Origin: Minisyncoccia bacterium
GTDB taxonomy: Bacteria; Patescibacteriota; Minisyncoccia; UBA6257; 2-01-FULL-56-20
Length of the DNA: 64,000 nt
NCBI GenBank assembly: GCA_050015515.1
Contig: JBEKBG010000002.1
Location: 18,777 to 82,776, forward strand
Reading direction: 5' to 3'
Shown here: positions 9,456 to 18,088 of the stretch, piece after piece
Numbering within the stretch: the stretch's first letter is position 1
How the letters are laid out: each line of letters starts with the position of its first letter
Notes under the pieces: model-generated
The model's input: only the letters and a program-made list of their open reading frames with translations
Databases searched by the model: none
Told to the model about the DNA's origin: nothing
Translations under genes and position numbers: made by a program

Positions 9456-10409
9456 ATGATAAAAACTGCGGAGTTTGTTTCGCCTCGGCATCCGGATAAA
9501 TTGTGCGACCTCATTGCGGATTCACTGCTCGATGCGTATCTGGCGGGGGATCCAAAGAGCCGCGTGGCGGCGGAGGTGATGGGTGGCCATGGGCACGTCA
9601 CGATCTCGGGGGAAGTGACGAGCGCGGCGTCGGTGGATATTCCAATTGTCGTGCGTTCCGTGCTGGGCTATGATGCGGCGGTGCATGCGTATCTTGTGCG
9701 GCAGAGTCCGGAGATCGCGCAGGGCGTGGATACGGGCGGCGCGGGAGATCAGGGCATTATGATCGGCTATGCCACGCGGGAGACGCCGTCGTTCCTACCG
9801 TTGGAATATGTGTTGGCGCGGGAGCTGTGCCGGAAGTTGTATGCCGTGTATCCGTATGACGGGAAGACGCAGGTAACGGTGGATGGTGATCGCGTGACAT
9901 GCGTCGTCGCAAGCTTTCAGAACGCTCCATCTGCCGCGCTTGAGGCGCTTGTGCGCGCATCCATAGTGGCGGACGAGTATCTGGTGAATCCCGCGGGCGA
10001 ATGGTCGCTCGGCGGCTTCGATGCGGATTCGGGGATCTCCGGGCGCAAGATCGTGATCGATAATTACGGGCCGGAGATCGGCGTGGGCGGCGGATCGTTC
10101 TCGGGCAAGGATCTCACCAAAGTGGATCGGTCGGGCGCATACATCGCGCGGCGCATCGCGGTGGATTACCTGGCGCGATTTTCGTCCGCGCGGGCGGTGC
10201 GTGTAAAGCTCGCGTACGCCATTGGCAAGCCACAGCCCGTCATGGCCGTGGCGGAATTAAGCGAGGGTTCCGGCGGTGTTCGCGTTGTGCCCGTTTCTGA
10301 TTACGACCTTACTCCTTCCGGCATCGCCACGCTTTTGAAGTTCTCTTCCGTGCGCTGGGCCGACACCGCCGCGTGGGGACACTTTGGGAGGGAGTTCAGC
10401 TGGGGATAG
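9456..10409 (+). CDS. metK: S-adenosylmethionine synthetase (short form)
   Basis: HPDKLCD, GAGDQG, GGGSFSGKD-x-TKVDRS. Confidence 0.93.
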   Translation: MIKTAEFVSPRHPDKLCDLIADSLLDAYLAGDPKSRVAAEVMGGHGHVTISGEVTSAASVDIPIVVRSVLGYDAAVHAYLVRQSPEIAQGVDTGGAGDQGIMIGYATRETPSFLPLEYVLARELCRKLYAVYPYDGKTQVTVDGDRVTCVVASFQNAPSAALEALVRASIVADEYLVNPAGEWSLGGFDADSGISGRKIVIDNYGPEIGVGGGSFSGKDLTKVDRSGAYIARRIAVDYLARFSSARAVRVKLAYAIGKPQPVMAVAELSEGSGGVRVVPVSDYDLTPSGIATLLKFSSVRWADTAAWGHFGREFSWG

Positions 10410-10484
10410 TGCCAGCTACTGTCGGAGATTAAAAAAATATTAAAAAAGTTTTGACTTTGGCGTTGAATTGCTTAGAATAGAAAC

Positions 10485-10569
10485 ATGCTCGTAGGGCGTC
10501 GGCAGCTCCTGCCCAATCGGCTCACGCTGGTAGCGAGCATATCAAATAACCGTCACATGGCGGTTTTTT
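10485..10569 (+). ncRNA. Candidate small structured RNA convergent on 10553-10963
   Basis: TTGACT-16-TAGAAT promoter (10451-10478); closing stem ATGCTCG/CGAGCAT; AGCTCCT motif; terminator AACCGTCACATGGCGGTTTTTT overlaps the gene end. Confidence 0.55.
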
Positions 10570-10963
10570 GATTCTTTGGTTTTGTATCATAAATACTGAA
10601 GAAATGTTTTTCTTTGCCTTCGATTTGCCTTAAGACGATCGTGATCGTGGCATCGCCATATGTCTTGGTCAGTTTCCAGAAATCGGCGTGCGGTTTCTTT
10701 ATCACCGCCATGTCGTGCCGTTTTGAGAAATGGACAGTTTCTCCTTCCCCATGAGAAATTTTTACCTCTTGGCTTTCAATAATTTCTTTCGCATAAGGCA
10801 GGAGACGAAGCCTTCTCGCTTGCTCTCGCAGTGAACGCCGCTTCCCATTTTTCCGCATAAGATGTTGGATTCCGGCATTGGTAAAAGCAACATAGTCGTT
10901 CAGCGCCGAACACCAAACGCGGCCGACATTTTTATAAGAATCTCCTATGTTTTTATCCTCCAT
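10553..10963 (-). CDS. Basic hypothetical protein, possible BECR/RelE-like nuclease fold; paralog of 3749-4174
   Basis: Shared motifs GRVW, FTNAGIQHLMRKNGKRR, FW, KHFFSI. Confidence 0.6.
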   Translation of the reverse strand: MEDKNIGDSYKNVGRVWCSALNDYVAFTNAGIQHLMRKNGKRRSLREQARRLRLLPYAKEIIESQEVKISHGEGETVHFSKRHDMAVIKKPHADFWKLTKTYGDATITIVLRQIEGKEKHFFSIYDTKPKNQKTAM

Positions 10964-11028
10964 TCGGCCACGATAGCAGGAAGGGGATTAAGAGAATCTT
11001 AAAAGCGTTATAATAAATACACACATCC

Positions 11029-11496
11029 ATGCACCTCTCCTATATCCTTATCCCGCTTGTTACGATCCTCGTCGCTTTTGTCGGCGGCCGGCTGACGGTG
11101 GCGTCGGTCAAGACGTGGTACGTTGGGTTGCGCAAGCCGTCGTGGACGCCGCCGGGCGCCGTGATCGGTACGGTGTGGACGGTGCTTTATATCCTCGCCG
11201 CGCTATCGGCGCTTATCGTTTGGAATCTTCCTGATGGCGCTTCGGTGCCGGCGATGATTGCCGTGCTCTTTTATTTGAACGCGGCGGTGAATGTTTTCTG
11301 GAGCTATGTGTTCTTTTACCTCCACAAGATGGGGCCGGCGATTTGGGTGTGCCTGTTCCTGGATATCACGATCATCCTGTTGATTCAGTTCATCGCGCCG
11401 ATTTCGCCGCTCGCCGCATGGCTTTTGGTTCCGTACGCGGCCTGGGTGACCTTTGCCTCGTATCTTAACTATCGGGTGTGGGAGATGAATCGGTAG
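11029..11496 (+). CDS. tspO: TspO/MBR tryptophan-rich sensory protein
   Basis: WYVGLRKPSWTPP, VWTVLY, LLVPYAAWVTFASYLN. Confidence 0.92.
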   Translation: MHLSYILIPLVTILVAFVGGRLTVASVKTWYVGLRKPSWTPPGAVIGTVWTVLYILAALSALIVWNLPDGASVPAMIAVLFYLNAAVNVFWSYVFFYLHKMGPAIWVCLFLDITIILLIQFIAPISPLAAWLLVPYAAWVTFASYLNYRVWEMNR

Positions 11497-11711
11497 GCAT
11501 TTGATGTATTAAAGAAAGAAAAGCGCCGCAATGTCCATTTTACTTATCGAATTGCGGGGCAAGGACGATCAGGGTCTTCAATGACAATGATTTTTATCCC
11601 CAGTTTTGGCCGCCTTTTCCACAGCTTATTCACTTTGTTGGGGTTTTAAGGCGTTTTTTAGCGCTTTTAGGGCTTGACGAGATTTTTACACGGCGTATAT
11701 TTGTAAACAGT

Positions 11712-12328
11712 AGTTTGAAATTGTTGGATGCGACCAAGAGAAATTCCGAAAGGAATTGTCACGGTTAGGTTCTTACCAAAAGAACAAAACTGTGACCGGA
11801 TCGAAAACATGGAACATGCAAGCGTTCAACCGTCTGACGGATGGAACGTCGAAGTATGATTCAAAGGATCGATCGGGACCTATTGGTCGAACAAAAAACA
11901 GGAAAGCGTGTAGTTCGCTAAAAGCTTCGGCTTAAAGCTGACGAAACGCAAGGTAAGCGGACAGTTCGGGTAACCGGACGAGGAAAGTCGAGTTCTGCAG
12001 GTTAAACCCCTGAGGAACAACGAATCCGCGGAAGATCTTTCCGTTCATCGCGCTGCGGCCCATGGCCACGCGCATCGAGCGAAAAGGATCTTTCCTTTCC
12101 ACCCTTCTGCCTTTGGGGTAGCTGAGTAACCCAAAATTTGATGGCGTTTACGCCATCGGGTTCAGAACGAAAGTTCTGTGTGCGGGAGATTCCTGTTTTT
12201 CCAACTTAAACTCAGGAGTACTTTGAGTGGCAGAAGCTTTGCTTCTTTCGAGAAGCAGATGCTTCTCCACTCAACGTATGACACCCCGGCCGGAGAGCGC
12301 ATTCATGCTCTCCGGCCACTCCTTTTTT
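11712..12328 (+). ncRNA. Large orphan structured non-coding RNA candidate (unassigned)
   Basis: TTGACG-16-TATATT promoter (11674-11701); end-to-end closing helices; GAAA, GTAA and TTCG tetraloop hairpins; 3' terminator; no credible ORF. Confidence 0.7.
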
Positions 12329-12505
12329 TATGGGGATTTGACACGGCCGCCGGTTTCCCATACAATTGCTTGGTAAATCCCTGAAGGGAAAAAAGAAAGT
12401 CACTTAGGTCGATTGGCTATAGATTTTCACAGCTCTTGAAGCTGTTTTTCTTCGGAATAGGGACGCTCACGCAGTATAAAAAATAAACATTAATTTTTAA
12501 AAAAT

Positions 12506-13705
12506 ATGGCAGAAAAAGAAAAGTTCGATCGGTCCAAGCCGCACCTTAACGTAGGTACGATTGGTCACGTCGATCATGGCAAGACCACGTTGACCGCGGC
12601 CATCACTCACGTGTTGTTCATGAAGGGCTGGACAAAAAAAGAAGAGAACGTAAATCAGATCGACAACGCTCCAGAAGAGAAGGCGCGTGGTATCACTATC
12701 GCGTTGCATCACTCGGAATATAATTCGGAGAAGCGCCACTACGCGCACGTGGATGCTCCGGGACACGCAGACTATATTAAGAACATGATCACCGGTGCCG
12801 CCCAGATGGACGGCGCGGTGCTCGTCGTCGCCGCGACCGACGGCCCGATGCCGCAGACGCGCGAGCACATCTTGCTCGCTCACCAGGTCGGTGTGCCGAA
12901 CATCATCGTGTTCCTCAATAAAGTTGATATGGTGGATGATCCGGAATTGATCGATCTCGTGGAATCCGAAGTTCGTGAGCTTCTCACGAAAAATGGATTT
13001 GACGGCGAACATGCGCCGGTCATCCGCGGTTCCGCATTGAAGGCATTGAACGCAACCTCGGCCGATTCTCCGGATGCCAAGCCGATCCTCGATCTCGTGA
13101 AGGCGATGGATGATTACTTCCCAGATCCGGTTCGCGAACTCGACAAGCCGTTTCTTATGCCGATCGAAGACATATTCTCGATTGAAGGCCGTGGCACGGT
13201 CGTCACGGGACGCATTGAGCGCGGCAAGGTGAAGGTGAACGAGGAAGTTGAGGTCGTTGGCCTTAAGCCGACCCAGAAGACCGTCGTCACCGGAATCGAA
13301 ATGTTCAACAAGAGTTTGGACGAAGGCCAGGCAGGCGATAACGCCGGTTTGCTCCTCCGCGGCCTCAAGAAAGAGGACGTGGAGCGCGGACAGGTTTTGG
13401 CCAAGCCGGGCAGCGTGACCCCGCACGCGGAGTTCGAAGGCGAGATCTATGTGCTTTCGAAAGAAGAGGGCGGCCGCCACTCTCCGTTCTTTAAGGGCTA
13501 CAAGCCGCAGTTCTACATCCGCACGACCGACGTGACGGGCGAGGTTACCCTTCCGGAAGGAATGGAAATGGTCATGCCGGGTGATACCGTCAAGATTACC
13601 GTCAAGCTTATCACCCCGGTCGCTTTGGAAGACAAGATGCGTTTCGCCATCCGCGAGGGAGGCAAGACCGTTGGCGCCGGCGTCGTGACCAAAATAATTA
13701 AGTAA
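12506..13705 (+). CDS. tuf: Elongation factor Tu
   Basis: [21 protein letters not shown]; own promoter TTGACA-17-TACAAT at 12338. Confidence 0.99.
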   Translation: MAEKEKFDRSKPHLNVGTIGHVDHGKTTLTAAITHVLFMKGWTKKEENVNQIDNAPEEKARGITIALHHSEYNSEKRHYAHVDAPGHADYIKNMITGAAQMDGAVLVVAATDGPMPQTREHILLAHQVGVPNIIVFLNKVDMVDDPELIDLVESEVRELLTKNGFDGEHAPVIRGSALKALNATSADSPDAKPILDLVKAMDDYFPDPVRELDKPFLMPIEDIFSIEGRGTVVTGRIERGKVKVNEEVEVVGLKPTQKTVVTGIEMFNKSLDEGQAGDNAGLLLRGLKKEDVERGQVLAKPGSVTPHAEFEGEIYVLSKEEGGRHSPFFKGYKPQFYIRTTDVTGEVTLPEGMEMVMPGDTVKITVKLITPVALEDKMRFAIREGGKTVGAGVVTKIIK

Positions 13706-13816
13706 GCAACATAAAACCGCCTTACGGGGACGGGTCGCGGCCTGCTAGCCGCGCCCTAACGCTCGGCACCTTCGTGCCTCCGCGATTCCCCTTAAAGGCG
13801 GTTTTATATTGCTTAC
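13702..13816. repeat. Mirror-arm hairpin element, core family A (divergent)
   Basis: About 29-bp arms that include the tuf stop; core hairpins GCGGC-CTGCTA-GCCGC and GGCAC-CTTC-GTGCC. Confidence 0.85.
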
Positions 13817-13929
13817 GTTTTTAAATTTTGTCACGACGCCGCGCGTCTCCGGTTCTCTTCGGGAGGTGTTTTTGTTCGAGTGTTGAGGAGATACTCGGGC
13901 CTGAGCGACATATGTGGTATTATAGATTC

Positions 13930-14316
13930 ATGCAAATAATTGGAATTATTGCAGTCGTCCTTCTTGTTGGGATCTTCATTGTATTTATAAAGCAAAGTAC
14001 TAATAACTATTCCAAAATTTCTTTGGTTGGTGCCTTGATCGTATCTTTGGGGTTGATAGCTTCCGGATCTGGTGCATCAAACGTCATTCCGACAAGTTTG
14101 GCATTCGTATTTTTTGCGATCTTAATCATTTCCTTATTGGCTATGGTTATATTCGCCGTCGTGGGTGCAATAACGGATCCAAGAATTTCAAAGGAGGGGA
14201 CGTTGCCTATTATTTGGAATAAGATCATTCCCATAGGAATAGCAGCGGCCCTCTTACTTGTTATAGGACTCTTTCTTTATTTGATATTTATCGTTGGAAC
14301 GGCATTCAGGGGATAG
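13930..14316 (+). CDS. AT-rich four-TM membrane hypothetical protein
   Basis: Four hydrophobic segments; low GC. Confidence 0.65.
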   Translation: MQIIGIIAVVLLVGIFIVFIKQSTNNYSKISLVGALIVSLGLIASGSGASNVIPTSLAFVFFAILIISLLAMVIFAVVGAITDPRISKEGTLPIIWNKIIPIGIAAALLLVIGLFLYLIFIVGTAFRG

Positions 14317-14355
14317 CTTGAGTGATTTGAACTTGGTCCAATGCTCCGCATAAAC

Positions 14356-14421
14356 AAAAAACCCGTTGCCGGGTTTTTTGCGGATCCAAACATAATGCTG
14401 CGTGGTCCGAGGTGACACCAT
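14356..14421 (-). ncRNA. Candidate small RNA B, complementary to RNA A
   Basis: Boxed TTGACG-16-TATCAT promoter (14453-14426); terminator AAAAAACCCGGCAACGGGTTTTTT. Confidence 0.5.
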
Positions 14422-14490
14422 AACCATGATAACAATCCCAAAATATTCGTCAAAACATTTTTAATCTTTATTTAATGTTTTTATTACCGT

Positions 14491-14564
14491 TGCGCGGGGG
14501 TGCGAGGACTTGCGCCTCGTGGATCCATAGCGTCACCTCGGACCCAGCACTATGCCACCCCCGC
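14491..14564 (-). ncRNA. Candidate tRNA-like small RNA A
   Basis: 9-bp closing stem GCGGGGGTG/CACCCCCGC; T-arm-like CGAGG-CGCAAGT-CCTCG; CATAGTG/CGCTATG stem with a 15-nt loop. Confidence 0.5.
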
Positions 14565-14721
14565 TGCAGTCTATAAAATAGTGCATTAAAACTGTCTAAA
14601 GTCATCTGCGGCTTCACTTTTCGTCACGATGTCGTGTACCTCTATAGAATGCTTTTAAGGTTGATTTTAAAATGGGTTCAAGATAGCTTATAGGTAGTTC
14701 TACGAAACGAAAAGGAGTTAT

Positions 14722-15981
14722 ATGGGACAGAGACCCAGAAACGTTGCTTTGCTGGGATTTGGTACGGTGGGCTCCTGTGTGGCCCGCATTCTGATGGAGC
14801 GTTCGGATCTGTCGGAATATATCCGGTTGACGCATATCTTCAACCGGAAGGTTGAACGGAAACGCGTTGATTGGGCGTCGAAGTCCGTTATTTGGACGGA
14901 GGATATCGATGCGGTCTTCGCATCAAAGCCGGACGTCGTCATTGAACTTGTCGGTGACGTGAATTCCGCGGAAGCGTGGATCCGCAGGGCGTTGCTCCTG
15001 GGGATGGACGTGGTTACCGCCAATAAGGCGCTTCTCGCCACCAAGGCCCCGGAGCTTCTCCGTCTGGCGACCGAGCATCATGCGCGGCTTTCTTTTGAAG
15101 CAGCGGTAGGCGGCGGGATACCGATCATACGGGGTATCCATGAAGGATTGGCGGGGGATACGTTCACCGGCGTGGTCGGCATCCTTAATGGGACATGTAA
15201 TTATATTCTGAGCCGTATGGCCGCGACGGGCGAATCGATGGACCTCGTCCTCAACGAGGCCAAGAGTTTAGGGTTCGCCGAAGCCGATCCAACCGCCGAT
15301 GTGGATGGCCATGATGCCGCTGCGAAGCTCGTACTATTGGTCGGTGTCTCGTTCAAACGGCATCTGCCGCTGGCCCACGTCAATCCCCGGTCTATCAGGG
15401 GAGTGGCCGATGTGGATTTCAAATACGCCCGCGAACTTGGATATACCATCCGTCAGCTGTCGTGTGTACAAAAACAAGAAGATGGATTTTGTGCCTTCGT
15501 GGGTCCGGCATTGGTCTCGCTCGCTTCCGCTTTTGCGGGGAACGAGGGGGCCAATAATCTGGTCACGACGATGGGTGCGCACGGCGGTAGAAATAATTTC
15601 CAAGGTGCCGGCGCGGGAGGAGATCCGACCGCGGTAGCGGTCGTATCCGATCTGATCGCGTTATTGCGTAACGGCCAAAACGTTCCGGAAGAAGATCTCT
15701 GGAACCCGGGATGCATCATCGCTTCGCCGTCGCGGGAGTACTATCTCCGCTTTGTGGTAAAGGATCGGCCCGGTATCGTTGCGGCCATCACCTCTGCGCT
15801 TTCAACACAAAGCATCAACATCGGCGCAGTCGTCCAATTGCCGGGATATCCGAAAGACCATCTGTCGTTCGTCGTAACGGTCGAGGCATGCGAGGAGAAT
15901 ACACTCGAGAGAGCGCTGGAGGAAATCGGCACAATGGATTTCCACGCACAAACGCCACTCGTGCTTCCGATCTGGAATTGA
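14722..15981 (+). CDS. hom: Homoserine dehydrogenase with C-terminal ACT domain
   Basis: GFGTVG, VVTANKA, FEAAVGGGIP, GILNGTCNYIL, AEADPTADVDGHD, DRPGIVA. Confidence 0.93.
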   Translation: MGQRPRNVALLGFGTVGSCVARILMERSDLSEYIRLTHIFNRKVERKRVDWASKSVIWTEDIDAVFASKPDVVIELVGDVNSAEAWIRRALLLGMDVVTANKALLATKAPELLRLATEHHARLSFEAAVGGGIPIIRGIHEGLAGDTFTGVVGILNGTCNYILSRMAATGESMDLVLNEAKSLGFAEADPTADVDGHDAAAKLVLLVGVSFKRHLPLAHVNPRSIRGVADVDFKYARELGYTIRQLSCVQKQEDGFCAFVGPALVSLASAFAGNEGANNLVTTMGAHGGRNNFQGAGAGGDPTAVAVVSDLIALLRNGQNVPEEDLWNPGCIIASPSREYYLRFVVKDRPGIVAAITSALSTQSINIGAVVQLPGYPKDHLSFVVTVEACEENTLERALEEIGTMDFHAQTPLVLPIWN

Positions 15982-15993
15982 TGATGAACACGG

Positions 15994-16030
15994 CCCCGCG
16001 CGGAGAACTAACATTCCGCGCGGGGTTTTT
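15994..16030 (+). terminator. Intrinsic terminator after hom
   Basis: CCCCGCGCGGA...TCCGCGCGGGG-TTTTT. Confidence 0.8.
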
Positions 16031-16102
16031 CTTTTATGGATATCCCAATAAACCACGGGTTTGACACTTTCATGAAGTTTGCTATACTTTCTTGGTACTC
16101 AA

Positions 16103-16426
16103 ATGGCCAAAACAGACGTTCCCCAAAAACTGCGCTTGCGCATAAAGTCCTACGATCACAAACTGATCGACAATTCGGCACGCCAGATCATCGAGGCCGC
16201 CGAGCGGAACGATGCGAAAGTGACGGGGCCGATCCCGCTTCCCACGGAAGTAAAGCATTACACCGTCAACCGTTCGACCTTTGTCCACAAGGACGCTCGC
16301 GAGCAGTTCGAGCTCCGCATTCATAAGCGCCTCGTCGAAATATTGAATCCCAACCAGAAAATCATCGAATCACTTTCGAACCTGAATCTTCCTGCGGGCG
16401 TGGATATAGAAATAAAGATGGTTTAA
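16103..16426 (+). CDS. rpsJ: 30S ribosomal protein S10
   Basis: [26 protein letters not shown]; own promoter TTGACA-16-TATACT at 16061. Confidence 0.97.
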   Translation: MAKTDVPQKLRLRIKSYDHKLIDNSARQIIEAAERNDAKVTGPIPLPTEVKHYTVNRSTFVHKDAREQFELRIHKRLVEILNPNQKIIESLSNLNLPAGVDIEIKMV

Positions 16427-16508
16427 AACAAAAGCCCCCTCCTTTGCAAACGGAAATGCCACGTAGGAACGTGACCGTTTGCAAAGGAGGGGGCTTTTGT
16501 TTTAAACC
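16420..16508. repeat. Mirror-arm hairpin element, core family B
   Basis: Perfect 34-bp arms that include rpsJ GTT TAA; core AAATGCCACGTAGGAACGTGA. Confidence 0.92.
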
Positions 16509-16693
16509 GTGGACACCATAAGAAGAAGATTCAGAGAGCTTTACTGTCCATAAATGTTCGATCCCCGCGTCTCTTATGAAACACGGGGATCAGGGGAAAA
16601 TCCCGAATTGTTCCTTAATTGTATCGCGCCACCAGGATAAATCAAAAAGTTTTTAATAATTTTTTAATCTTTGAAAATGGTATAGTGAAGAAA

Positions 16694-17698
16694 ATGAAAG
16701 GATATATTGAGCATCCGGGGAAGGCGGTGGAGACGGGCGGAAAGTTCGAACACGTGATGGCGATTACGCTTGACCCGCGTTCGGGATATAAAAATGGCGT
16801 TATCCGATGCATCACGAATCGCTCCGGCGACGTGGAGACTTCCGGCTATATTGATAGAAGCGTGTTGCACAAAGTGAACGGAGATTCTTTGGAACATTTT
16901 GTTATTGGAGAACAGTTGGAAATTCACAGACAGGAGGAGATTATAAAAAAACTTAGCGTGGCAGGCCTCGATCTTCTTGGCCTAGAGGATCCCGATATTT
17001 GGATCGATGAGAAGGCCGGGCTGACACATCTGTATTTTACGATGCCATTCCATGACAGTAAGCCAGAGGATAATGGCCGTGTGCATCTTGGCCACGCCGT
17101 CGGTAAGGATCTCGATTCTTTGGAGATGACCATGCCGGTCTTGATGGGCGAAGTTCATAAAGCAGCGAAAGAACTTTCCATCGCGCCGGTCAATAAGCAT
17201 GGATTCCGTTTTAATCTCGTGGAATCTTCGATCAAGGAAAATGACTTTACCTATTCAACGGTGCGCGTCGCCGTCGCGGAAGATATGGGGAAGCCGTGGA
17301 AGTTCGGTGAGGCGGTATTCCATCCGAAAGAACAGAGCATTCCGTGGATTGGCGGTCACGCTTCGCCGGGGCCGTTGCTGCCCAAAGATTTCATCGATGT
17401 CGGCGAGGGGAAATTGCTGGGCATTATGAACGGCCGTGAAGCGAACCAGCGGGTGGGCGACGAGATAAAATATGGCATGTTCTCGGTCGGATTGTTCATC
17501 TACGATTACGAGCATGGGAAGATCGATTGGGTTTCGCCCGAGCCGTTCATTCGGGACAGCGAGGCGCGGACGATCACATTTGCGAGCCAGTTTGTGGAGC
17601 AGGGAAAGGGGAGCGGCATTCTCTACGCGCACGTGGACGATTCGTTCGTGCGGGCGTATACGCTGAACGCGGAGAAAATAAGGGAGTTGCTGCCGTAG
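16694..17698 (+). CDS. Five-bladed beta-propeller glycoside hydrolase-like protein
   Basis: GLEDPDI motif followed by HLYFT and HAVGKDL; repeated beta-strand pattern. Confidence 0.55.
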   Translation: MKGYIEHPGKAVETGGKFEHVMAITLDPRSGYKNGVIRCITNRSGDVETSGYIDRSVLHKVNGDSLEHFVIGEQLEIHRQEEIIKKLSVAGLDLLGLEDPDIWIDEKAGLTHLYFTMPFHDSKPEDNGRVHLGHAVGKDLDSLEMTMPVLMGEVHKAAKELSIAPVNKHGFRFNLVESSIKENDFTYSTVRVAVAEDMGKPWKFGEAVFHPKEQSIPWIGGHASPGPLLPKDFIDVGEGKLLGIMNGREANQRVGDEIKYGMFSVGLFIYDYEHGKIDWVSPEPFIRDSEARTITFASQFVEQGKGSGILYAHVDDSFVRAYTLNAEKIRELLP

Positions 17699-17779
17699 CT
17701 GTGGCCATAGGCATAGCGAGTTATTAAAAGATCATTAAAAAGTTTTTGACTTTATTTTTCTAACTTCTAAAATTGGGGG

Positions 17780-18058
17780 ATGATCAAAAAAGAAAATAAT
17801 AAGGATTCATCGGAGAGCGTTCTTTGCGCGCTAGGAAATTTGGATAAAAAATTTGATAAAAGATTCGATGCGGTTGATAAGCGGCTCGACATTCTCGAAG
17901 TGAGGATGGAAAATTTGGAAAGGTCTCATCGTAATACGGGCGTCCAGCTTGATAAGCTAGAACATAAATTTGACCTTTGTATTGAGGGATTTGGTGGACT
18001 GAACGAGCGAACTTCCAGGATCGAAGGAAGAGTTAGTATTCTTGAAGGGCTCGCATAG
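17780..18058 (+). CDS. Small coiled-coil hypothetical protein
   Basis: DKKFDKRFDAVDKRLD heptads; boxed promoter at 17723-17773. Confidence 0.65.
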   Translation: MIKKENNKDSSESVLCALGNLDKKFDKRFDAVDKRLDILEVRMENLERSHRNTGVQLDKLEHKFDLCIEGFGGLNERTSRIEGRVSILEGLA

Positions 18059-18088
18059 TGTGGCTTTGGGCTGTGATATAATAGTGCT

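Noticed and set aside
11712-12328. tmRNA, RNase P or group II intron
   Set aside because: No tRNA-Ala-like ends, rnpB is found at 44617, no domain V motif, and no interrupted gene.
12178-12403. Small ORFs upstream of tuf
   Set aside because: They span hairpins, the terminator and the tuf promoter and show no protein-like features.
14491-14564. Canonical tRNA or tRNA-Sec call
   Set aside because: No proper D-arm or 7-nt anticodon loop, T-loop CGCAAGT, 9/5 stem geometry; kept only as tRNA-like.
16420-16508. Treating the long hairpins as ordinary intrinsic terminators
   Set aside because: The arms are far longer than typical terminator stems and the loops are conserved across loci; ordinary terminators such as 15994-16030 look different.
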